A stretch of 12,756 nucleotides of DNA from Fidelibacterota bacterium (GCA_043822705.1 JBDRBK010000064.1:1-12756), one strand, 5' to 3'. Positions 1 to 6,678 are shown, counted from the stretch's first letter. Translations and numbers: made by a program. The notes: generated from the sequence alone by a model not told the origin.

Positions 1-63
1 TGCTGGCCGGTTCCTGAGCAGTGGTTCAAACACCTGAAAATAATTTGCAATAGAGTAAGACTG

Positions 64-1293
64 ATGAAAAAATTGTTGATACTGGGAGCCGGCACCGCCG
101 GCACGATGATGTTGAATAAACTGGCTCCGGCACTGGACCGGGACGAGTGGCAGATAACAATTGTAGATCAGTATGAAACGCATTACTACCAGCCGGGTTT
201 CTTGTTCATTCCGTTCGGTATTTACGGACCGCAGGATGTCGTCAAACCCAAGCGCGATTTTTTCCCCACGGGAACCGAAGTGCTGTTCTCCGGAATCGAG
301 CGCATCGAACCGGACGCGAACAGGGTTCTCCTTGAAGACGGCAAAGTTCTGACTTATGATTATTTGATTATCGCTACTGGATCCAAAATCGCACCCGGCG
401 AGATCGAAGGCCTGCAGGTCCCCGGTTGGCACAAGGACATTTTTGATTTTTATACCATCGAAGGTGCCACCGCCCTGGCCCGCTTCTTTAAATACTGGGA
501 AGGCGGGAAACTGGTGTTGAATATTGCCGAAATGCCGATCAAATGTCCGGTGGCGCCACTGGAATTTGTATTTTTGGCGGACTGGTGGTTTACCGAGCAA
601 GGTTTGCGGGATAAAGTAGATATTCATTTCGTCACGCCCCTGCCGGGAGCCTTTACCAAGCCGAAAGCATCGATAGTATTCGGTGATTTTCTGGACAAGA
701 AAAACATTCGCCTGACTTCCGAATTCAACATCGCTCGGGTCGACAATGCCGCAAAAAAAATAATTTCCTGGGACGAACAGGAAATCGAATATGATGTTCT
801 GGTTACAATCCCGACCAACATGGGCGATGCGTTGATCGAGCGCTCCGGCATGGGTGATGAATTGAATTTCATTCCCACCGATAAACATACCCTGCGCTCG
901 AAAAGCCACGAGAATATTTTTGTTATCGGCGATGCCACCGACCTGCCCAGCTCTAAAGCCGGTTCGGTTGCCCATTTCGAAGCCGACATACTGTATGAAA
1001 ATTTCCTCAGTGCGATTGAGGGCCGGCCGTTGCGGGCCGCCTTCGATGGTCACGCCAACTGTTACATTGAATCGGGCTTTGGCAAAGGTATCCTGATCGA
1101 CTTTAACTACGACACCGAGCCGTTACCCGGTAAATTTCCCCTGCCGGGCGTGGGGCCGTTTTCCCTGCTGGAAGAAACCCGGATGAACCATTACGGCAAG
1201 ATGCTATTTCGCTGGATGTACTGGAACCTGCTGTTGAAAGGGGCCGAATTGCCAATCGAATCCCAGATGCTGATGGCGGGAAAAAGGCGCTGA
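64..1293 (+). CDS. sqr: Sulfide:quinone oxidoreductase-like FAD-dependent oxidoreductase (probably type III/SqrC-like)
   Basis: 409 aa. N-terminal Rossmann motif ILGAGTAG, HYYQPG, YDYLIIATG, IKCPVAPLE (Cys161), NIFVIGD FAD motif and GHANCYIE (Cys333). It has only two Cys, with DFYT where type I SQRs carry a third Cys. Aromatic amphipathic C-terminal helix. Sulfur-carrier genes follow downstream. Confidence 0.85.
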   Translation: MKKLLILGAGTAGTMMLNKLAPALDRDEWQITIVDQYETHYYQPGFLFIPFGIYGPQDVVKPKRDFFPTGTEVLFSGIERIEPDANRVLLEDGKVLTYDYLIIATGSKIAPGEIEGLQVPGWHKDIFDFYTIEGATALARFFKYWEGGKLVLNIAEMPIKCPVAPLEFVFLADWWFTEQGLRDKVDIHFVTPLPGAFTKPKASIVFGDFLDKKNIRLTSEFNIARVDNAAKKIISWDEQEIEYDVLVTIPTNMGDALIERSGMGDELNFIPTDKHTLRSKSHENIFVIGDATDLPSSKAGSVAHFEADILYENFLSAIEGRPLRAAFDGHANCYIESGFGKGILIDFNYDTEPLPGKFPLPGVGPFSLLEETRMNHYGKMLFRWMYWNLLLKGAELPIESQMLMAGKRR

Positions 1294-1294
1294 A

Positions 1295-1975
1295 ATGGTT
1301 GATTCAGCTTTACAGCGGCAACTGGCTGAAATAAATGCCAAGCTCGATGGTATCGCCGCGGAATTGGCGGTCACTCGGCGACAACGCGCAGAACTGGAAG
1401 ATCTGAAAAACGACCTGACGATTGTAGCCAAAGATGTCCTCGATTCGGCTATTGTCGAACTGGAGGATGTGGCTCCGTTCGTGAAGACCGGTGATTTTCT
1501 CCATCTATTGAAAAAAATCCTGCGCAATACCAACACTATTACCGGCGCCATTGAGCAATTAGAGAGTGCACTGGATTTTTACCATGACGCCCGACCGATC
1601 GGCAAAAGCCTGTTCAATGATGTTTTGGATCATCTGGATGAGTTGGACCGTCAGGGGTATTTCGCTTTCTTCCGAGAACTGACGGCTGTCGCCAAAAATA
1701 TTGTCGCCCATTTCAGTCCGGATGACGTGCGTCTGCTGTCGGAAAACATTGTTACCATTATGGAGACGGTTAAAAACCTGACCCAGCCGGAGATGCTCAA
1801 GGCCCTCAACAATGCCAGCACAGTGTTCAGGAACCTTGACCCGGATGCAGTCGAGGAATATTCGGCCTGGAAACTGCTGCGCGAGGTGAATTCTCCGGAA
1901 ATCAAGCGGGGGCTTGGATTCCTGATCACATTTCTGAAAAATGTCAGTAATCCGTCCACAAACACAGATAATTAA
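1295..1975 (+). CDS. DUF1641-domain helical protein
   Basis: 226 aa, predicted all-helical with an N-terminal coiled coil. The C-terminal SAWKLLREVNSPEIKRGLGFLITFLKNV matches the DUF1641 pattern (L..l.dPev.rGLg.ll..lk). ATG lies 1 nt after the sqr stop. Confidence 0.8.
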   Translation: MVDSALQRQLAEINAKLDGIAAELAVTRRQRAELEDLKNDLTIVAKDVLDSAIVELEDVAPFVKTGDFLHLLKKILRNTNTITGAIEQLESALDFYHDARPIGKSLFNDVLDHLDELDRQGYFAFFRELTAVAKNIVAHFSPDDVRLLSENIVTIMETVKNLTQPEMLKALNNASTVFRNLDPDAVEEYSAWKLLREVNSPEIKRGLGFLITFLKNVSNPSTNTDN

Positions 1976-1998
1976 ACCAAAGTAATAAGGAGACTGAA

Positions 1999-2316
1999 AT
2001 GCCAACACGTGAAATAGCCGGGGCGACCATTGAATTTGATGAAGAAAATTTTATGGTCGACCATACCCGCTGGAATACTGATATTGCCAAAATTCTTGGC
2101 AAGGAGGAAGGCATCGAAAATCTGACGGACCGCCATTTTGTCGTTTTGAATTTCATGCGAAAGGAATTTGAAGAAAATGGTACCGGCCCCTCGATTCGGA
2201 AGCTGACTAAACAAAGCGGTGTGCCGACCAAGGAATTGTACGAACTATTTCCTGGCGGACCAGCCAAGAAAGCTGCCCGTATCGCCGGTATAAAAAAGCC
2301 TCAAGGCTGCATTTGA
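1999..2316 (+). CDS. TusE/DsrC/DsvC-family sulfur relay protein (single C-terminal Cys)
   Basis: 105 aa. Motifs FDEENF...W, LTDRHF.V..F.R and LYELFPGGPAKKAARIAGIKKPQGCI. The penultimate Cys is the only Cys. AGGAG RBS upstream. Confidence 0.9.
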   Translation: MPTREIAGATIEFDEENFMVDHTRWNTDIAKILGKEEGIENLTDRHFVVLNFMRKEFEENGTGPSIRKLTKQSGVPTKELYELFPGGPAKKAARIAGIKKPQGCI

Positions 2317-2328
2317 CAGGGAGATAAC

Positions 2329-2841
2329 ATGAGCGAATTTGAACCGATAAAAAAAGTATCGATCATCTGTTCCAAGGGTGGTCTGGACGAGGTTTATCCG
2401 GCGTTGATAATGGCAAATGGCGCCCGGATGGACGGCATCGAAGCGTCGATTTTCTTCACATTTTTCGGCCTTAATGCCGTGATGAAGAAAATGGTCGACC
2501 ATCTCAAAGTAGCTACTGTTGGCAACGCTGCTCTGAATATGGCAATGCCGATGATGAAATTCCCGATCACGACACCGTTTCCGACTTTGCTCGGCGCTTT
2601 GCCGGGTGTCTCGGCAATGGCTTCGTGGATGATGAAAAATGAAATGGAGAAGCTGGATGTTCCTCCGGTAGCGGAGTTTCTGGAAATGATTTCCGATGCC
2701 GGCGGCAAGTTGTACGCCTGCAAACTGGCTATGGATATGTTCAAATTAACTCGGGATGATCTGGTAGATCAGATTCAGGGCGTGTTAACCGTAGGCGAAT
2801 TCTATGAAAAATCCGCCGGTGCTCAAATAATTTTTACCTGA
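2329..2841 (+). CDS. DsrE/DsrF/DsrH-like protein, DsrE2-type
   Basis: 170 aa. Motifs SIICSKG.LD..YPALI.A.GA, IFFTFFGL, KLYAC (Cys131) and C-terminal IIFT, with a hydrophobic Met-rich insertion. GGGAG RBS upstream. Confidence 0.85.
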   Translation: MSEFEPIKKVSIICSKGGLDEVYPALIMANGARMDGIEASIFFTFFGLNAVMKKMVDHLKVATVGNAALNMAMPMMKFPITTPFPTLLGALPGVSAMASWMMKNEMEKLDVPPVAEFLEMISDAGGKLYACKLAMDMFKLTRDDLVDQIQGVLTVGEFYEKSAGAQIIFT

Positions 2842-2858
2842 TAAAACATGCTACTGAG

Positions 2859-2925
2859 GGGGCGGGCCGCCCGCAGCGGTATGTCACCTGTCGGTTGAGG
2901 TGCCCGCTCCATTTATTCATTTTTT
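2859..2925 (+). terminator. Probable intrinsic terminator / branched hairpin ending the sulfur operon
   Basis: GGGGCGGGC (2859-2867) pairs with GCCCGCTCC (2902-2910) and encloses smaller hairpins. It is followed by ATTTATTCATTTTTT. Confidence 0.5.
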
Positions 2926-3035
2926 GATGTGGTTTGCAAGGCAGCATTTGTGATTGAACGCATAGTGGAACTATTTTATTGGATTTACATTAAGATTAGT
3001 CTTTAATATCAAAGCTGATAATTTTTGGAGATGCA

Positions 3036-3491
3036 GTGAAGATAACAAAAATAATTATATCAATTGCGGCACTACTCGTTTTTGCGGGCCTTTTTGGCAT
3101 GCGTGAGTATACTTTGCTGGAAATGAAGAAGAATATGGATTACATCGCAACCCACCTTGAAGATCGGGAGCGCTATCAGAAGGTTTGGTTTGATGCACTA
3201 TCCCGGTCAGTGGAAATAACCGCGTACAACCCGATTCGTAACCAGACTGACGACAATCCCCGCGAAACTGCCAGTGGACGGACCGTCTCGTTGCAGTCGA
3301 TAGCCGTTTCCCGCGACCTGCTGCAGAGTAATGGTGGTCCCTTCAATTACGGTGATACAGTTTACGTAGTCGTGCCATTTATCGTCGATGATACCATGAA
3401 TAAACGCTATACCAACCGCGTCGATGTCTTTATGGAGCGTCAGTGGGCGGCCCGAATCTGGGGTGAAAAAACCGGTTGGCTGGCCAACTGA
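3036..3491 (+). CDS. Membrane-anchored 3D (Asp-Asp-Asp) domain protein, MltA-like peptidoglycan-active family
   Basis: GTG start with GGAG at 3027-3030 and an N-terminal hydrophobic helix. 3D motifs ITAYN...QTDDNP..TASG, IAVSRDL, GDTVYV, VDDTM and RVDVFM. Confidence 0.8.
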   Translation: MKITKIIISIAALLVFAGLFGMREYTLLEMKKNMDYIATHLEDRERYQKVWFDALSRSVEITAYNPIRNQTDDNPRETASGRTVSLQSIAVSRDLLQSNGGPFNYGDTVYVVVPFIVDDTMNKRYTNRVDVFMERQWAARIWGEKTGWLAN

Positions 3492-3506
3492 CAGCCGAAG
3501 TTTAAT

Positions 3507-4532
3507 TTAAAAGCCGATATTGATTATCGGCAGATTAGCAGTTCCCCCACCATCTCTGATTTGATTTAACACTCCGATCTGTACACCGATCAGATCATCG
3601 CTGTTGTTAATCAAGCCTAGTTGCAGACCGCGGGTTTTCCCGCTTTCATTTAACAGCCCGGCCTGCATCCCGTATAATTTTTCCGTGGAATTAAGCAGCC
3701 CGTATTGAAGGCCGAATACTTTATTAGCATTATTTTTAAGCCCGACCTGGACCCCGATTAAGTCAAATCGCACCTCGTTAATCAACCCGGCATCAACGCC
3801 ATAAACCGAATGGTTGACCCCGTAAACCGCATTGAAACTGAAACCATAAACCATGAAAGTGGCCGGAACCAGTTGCAGCGGATAGGCGAAAGAAAATTGA
3901 AACGGTGTCCAGCCGGTGGAACCGACGCCAACAACCGCCGGAGTAGCCGTACCGGACAGATCTTGCGTGACCTTTCCGATACTATTATCAATGATTTCCG
4001 CCAGGCTCTGTGCCGGACGCGTCGTTTGCTCGGAGGTCAGATTCCGATCTTCACCGGCCAGGGCAGTGGCGATTTCCATCATTAACGGTAACAAATCATC
4101 GATTTCACCCCGATAGTTGCGGGTCACCGCCCGGATGATTTCAGCCGTTTCGGTATCGAACAGGCGAACATCGATGGTATAGCTGGCTCCCAGTTTGCCG
4201 ACCGTGCCGCCGACCATGTATTTGACGCCCAACAGCAAGCCGACTTCGACAATACATTCGTTGGATACGCAACCGGTTTGCTGGAAACCCTGCTCGATCA
4301 AAATTTCTTCCATCCGGGACCGTTCGATGACCTGGTATTGACCATCCTGAACCAGGGCCGAGCGCAAGCGTTCGGTCAGAATATCGCTCTCCTGCGGGGA
4401 TACGCCCTTGCCTTCCAGTGGTAGTACGGCAATCGGGACAGGAACTTCCGGTTTTACCGGCGGGGCGATGCCCGCTGCTGTCGTGGTGAACAGAACGATG
4501 ATCGGAATTATTATGGTAATCAGTTTCTTCAT
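3507..4532 (-). CDS. Secreted protein: CsgG/TolB-N-like domain fused to LA_2272-like GxQxGLxN repeats
   Basis: Start reassigned to ATG 4532, giving the signal peptide MKKLITIIIPIIVLF. IAVLPLE, YQVIERSRMEEILIEQGFQQTGC...C..EVG.LLG...MV.G.VG and RLFDTETAE fit a CsgG/HfaB/FlgO-like alpha/beta domain. C-terminal repeats end in LPIINIGF. Confidence 0.75.
   Translation of the reverse strand: MKKLITIIIPIIVLFTTTAAGIAPPVKPEVPVPIAVLPLEGKGVSPQESDILTERLRSALVQDGQYQVIERSRMEEILIEQGFQQTGCVSNECIVEVGLLLGVKYMVGGTVGKLGASYTIDVRLFDTETAEIIRAVTRNYRGEIDDLLPLMMEIATALAGEDRNLTSEQTTRPAQSLAEIIDNSIGKVTQDLSGTATPAVVGVGSTGWTPFQFSFAYPLQLVPATFMVYGFSFNAVYGVNHSVYGVDAGLINEVRFDLIGVQVGLKNNANKVFGLQYGLLNSTEKLYGMQAGLLNESGKTRGLQLGLINNSDDLIGVQIGVLNQIRDGGGTANLPIINIGF
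3564..3800 (-). repeat. Six coding tandem repeats of 14-15 aa (G-x-Q/D-x-G-L/V-x-N)
   Basis: GVDAGLIN, GVQVGLKN, GLQYGLLN, GMQAGLLN, GLQLGLIN and GVQIGVLN recur at a 14-15 residue period. Confidence 0.85.
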
Positions 4533-4634
4533 ATTAGTAATCAATGGTTTGGCTTGAAAAATGATATTCAACGTTATCGTTTAATTTTTACATTACCAGC
4601 GATAAATCTAACGTGGGCCAGCGGATTTTTACAT

Positions 4635-4658
4635 AAAAAGCCCCCAGGGGATGGGGGC
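4635..4658 (-). terminator. Intrinsic terminator, minus strand
   Basis: The minus strand reads GCCCCCA-TCCCC-TGGGGGC-TTTTT, a 7-bp stem plus U-tract about 150 nt downstream of mutM. Confidence 0.75.
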
Positions 4659-4705
4659 ATCAGGGGTAGAGAGAGAGGCTTTTTTAGGAGGATAACAGTT
4701 TTACG
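4635..4705 (-). ncRNA. Candidate C/U-rich small RNA (or mutM 3' UTR); 5' end uncertain
   Basis: The minus strand reads ...ACTGTTATCCTCCTAAAAAAGCCTCTCTCTCTACCCCTGATGCCCCCATCCCCTGGGGGCTTTTT: several anti-Shine-Dalgarno-like pyrimidine tracts followed by a terminator. Confidence 0.35.
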
Positions 4706-4809
4706 TCTATTATTCGTATTAATGATTGGACCGTCCTGAATGCAAAAAGGTTGTCAAATAGAAACAGAAGGTTGAAAAATATTTCAATTGGTGCTGGAAT
4801 AACAAGGAC

Positions 4810-5634
4810 TTATTTTAGTTTTTGTTGGCATTTCGGGCAGAAATGAGTGCCGCGCTGGCCGACACAGATTTTAACAATTGTGGTTTCGCAACGCAGACAG
4901 GATTGGCTCTCGCGACCAAAAACCATCAATTCATTAACGAACTGACCGGTGGAATTTTCACCGAAGGCGAAGTTGATTATTGTTGTTCCGTTCTGTTCGA
5001 TGCTGCGCCACAATATATTTTGAATGGCCGCCTGCAGTTTGCGCACTTTCGGGCGACTGATGCGACGACTGATTGTTTCCGGATGAATGCGGGCTGTCCA
5101 TAACGCCTCGTCAACATAGATATTACCTAACCCGGCGATAAAGGATTGGTCCAGCAGCAGCGGTTTGATTTTACGTGAAGATTGTTTCAGTCCGGCACTG
5201 AGCCATTTGTCGGTGAATTTATCGCTCAGCGGCTCGACCCCGAGTTTTTCCTCGAGAAAATTGGCATTAACGGTAAAATAGAAGCGGCCGAATTTGCGAT
5301 AGTCCTTAAAAAACAGGTTCGAGCCATCCTGGAAATTGATAGTAGCGGTGACGTGCTGTGGTTTGTCATTTTCTCCCAGTCGGGATAACAGACGACCGGT
5401 CATTCGCAGATGAATCAAAATGAAGCCGGCGTCCAGACTGATCACAATATATTTTCCACGACGGTCCACCGCGACAACCAACTGACCTGCGACCAGGCGG
5501 TTGAACTGTTGGGGGCTGTGGGTTGCGATCACCTGGGGATAATTATCGGCGGCAATAACCGCGGCAATGGTTTTGCCGGTAATCAGGGGCCGGATGGAAC
5601 GAACGACTGTTTCGACTTCAGGTAATTCTGGCAT
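4810..5634 (-). CDS. mutM: Formamidopyrimidine-DNA glycosylase / AP lyase (Fpg)
   Basis: N-terminal MPELPEVE, RRGKY, HLRMTG, D.RKFG, the H2TH segment LLLDQSFIAGLGNIYVDEAL, and a C-terminal zinc finger CLRC...CPKCQ. Confidence 0.97.
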   Translation of the reverse strand: MPELPEVETVVRSIRPLITGKTIAAVIAADNYPQVIATHSPQQFNRLVAGQLVVAVDRRGKYIVISLDAGFILIHLRMTGRLLSRLGENDKPQHVTATINFQDGSNLFFKDYRKFGRFYFTVNANFLEEKLGVEPLSDKFTDKWLSAGLKQSSRKIKPLLLDQSFIAGLGNIYVDEALWTARIHPETISRRISRPKVRKLQAAIQNILWRSIEQNGTTIINFAFGENSTGQFVNELMVFGRESQSCLRCETTIVKICVGQRGTHFCPKCQQKLK

Positions 5635-5648
5635 AAAGCGGTATCCGC

Positions 5649-5657
5649 TGGTATAAT
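5649..5657 (+). promoter_or_regulatory. Putative extended -10 promoter (TGnTATAAT) facing the OMP gene
   Basis: Exact TGGTATAAT in the divergent mutM/OMP intergenic region. Confidence 0.45.
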
Positions 5658-5823
5658 GTTATTATTTCAGGTTGAATATTACTACCGGCAGGAAAAAAAT
5701 CGAATTTGTAGATAATCCAGGTTGATTTTAATTTGTGCTATCGATGAGGCTTGATTGCCTGGGGGAAAAGCAATAAGCCATAAAGAAGCAGCACGGTATC
5801 AATGTAAACTGCAAGGAGTAGTA

Positions 5824-6288
5824 ATGAAAAAACTGATTCTGGTAATTTTGATGATTCCATTGGTGATTTTCAGTCAGGTAAAAGTCGGTCCGCTTACATT
5901 TCTGGACAGCAAATCGGCTGTCAACGCTGCTTTTGAACTCGGCGTTGGCGGCAACACTGCGATTGGTTTGAGCTTCGAGGTTCCGCCCTACGGCCAACTG
6001 GAGGTCCTACAATTCATTCCCGGTTTCTGTATGAAAGCATCACTGGGAACGGCTGGTGGATTCTATTTTCAAAACGCTTTGTGCGCCCGCGCTCAATACG
6101 ATGAAAAATTGCTGATACTTGCAGGCTACGGCTTAGGTATTCGTCTGGGTGACAATATGACCGTTTACACGCCACTGGTGGTGGGTGCCGATTATTTTAT
6201 CAATGAAAAAATAATGGTGACCGGCTCACTGCAGTTGGGAGCGCTGTCAACGTTGAACATTGGTATCGGAATGGGTTGGGGCTACTGA
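5824..6288 (+). CDS. Small outer-membrane beta-barrel protein (hypothetical)
   Basis: Start reassigned to ATG 5824 (GGAG at 5815-5818, signal peptide MKKLILVILMIPLVIFS). Gly/aromatic alternating strands such as VGADYFINEKIMVTGSLQ, and a C-terminal strand IGIGMGWGY ending in an aromatic residue. 154 aa. Confidence 0.65.
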   Translation: MKKLILVILMIPLVIFSQVKVGPLTFLDSKSAVNAAFELGVGGNTAIGLSFEVPPYGQLEVLQFIPGFCMKASLGTAGGFYFQNALCARAQYDEKLLILAGYGLGIRLGDNMTVYTPLVVGADYFINEKIMVTGSLQLGALSTLNIGIGMGWGY

Positions 6289-6309
6289 TCTACTCCGGAA
6301 TTAGATACA

Positions 6310-6345
6310 GGCTGGCAGACCAACTATTGATCTGCCGGTTTTTTT
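6310..6345 (+). terminator. Intrinsic terminator after the OMP gene
   Basis: GGCTGGCAGA (6310-6319) pairs with TCTGCCGGTT (6331-6340), followed by a T-run. Confidence 0.75.
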
Positions 6346-6382
6346 AGTCATTAGCTGTCGGTATTTATGTTGGCTAATTGAT

Positions 6383-6411
6383 TTGAATTAATAGCAAAAA
6401 AACAGTATTTT
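6383..6411 (+). promoter_or_regulatory. Putative sigma70-type promoter for the 6679-10573 operon
   Basis: TTGAAT (6383-6388), 17 nt, then TATTTT (6406-6411), in an AT-rich patch just after the upstream terminator. Confidence 0.4.
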
Positions 6412-6674
6412 TACCCGGTTGCTCAGGGTATTGCGCGAATGGATTTTTACCCAGTAAGATAATTCAGGTACGTTCATCTTATTTTGGCGGACGATATTTC
6501 AACCAGATCGTTCGTAGTCTGACGCCAGTACGATTCATCCAGTAATTTTGATTGAAGCCGCGGCGAATCCCGAAGCACGATTGTAGAGCCGCGATCTTCC
6601 CCGCGGAAATCAGTGGATTAGATGCGGGTGTTGCGGTCGGACGCAAAACATAAGTGGATCAACATTGTTGGAGG
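6412..6674 (+). ncRNA. Candidate structured 5' leader or ncRNA
   Basis: Nested complementary blocks: GTCTGAC/GTCGGAC, ATCCA/TGGAT, TGATT/AATCA, GAAG/CTTC, CGCGGC/GCCGCG and AATC/GATT. Additional hairpins TAAGAT/ATCTTA and GCGGACGAT/ATCGTTCGT. Confidence 0.35.
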
Positions 6675-6678
6675 CTTC

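Noticed and set aside
1..63. Reading frame open upstream of and in frame with the sqr ATG (possible N-terminal extension)
   Set aside because: MKKLLILGAGTAG is the normal start of this family, and the upstream translation (CWPVPEQW...) resembles no domain or signal. Stops in the other frames could end an upstream gene, but this cannot be determined.
2314..2910. Selenocysteine read-through at the TGA stops of the sulfur genes, with the 2859-2910 hairpin as SECIS
   Set aside because: The catalytic positions are ordinary Cys codons, the TGAs fall at the expected family C-termini, and the DsrE2 TGA is immediately followed by an in-frame TAA.
4554..4739. 61-aa plus-strand ORF in the intergenic region
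   Set aside because: TTG start, no RBS, and it runs through the terminator and low-complexity tract.
4772..4790. TTGAAAAATATTTCAATTG, similar to TTGAAAAATGTTCTCAATTG at 12081-12100 (vaguely Fur-box-like)
   Set aside because: Both are AT-rich, differ in spacing and lie just downstream of genes, so chance similarity is likely.
5755..5823. Longer ORF-track starts at 5755, 6622 and 4571
   Set aside because: The downstream ATGs (5824, 6679, 4532) begin clean signal peptides, and the first two have good RBSs.
6625..6665. GGACGCAAAAC resembling the c-di-GMP-I riboswitch core; GGCGAATC...GTAG (6562-6586) resembling the c-di-AMP riboswitch
   Set aside because: The other conserved elements (GCAAAC...GAAA tetraloop stem; CCGnCAGCUAAC) are absent.
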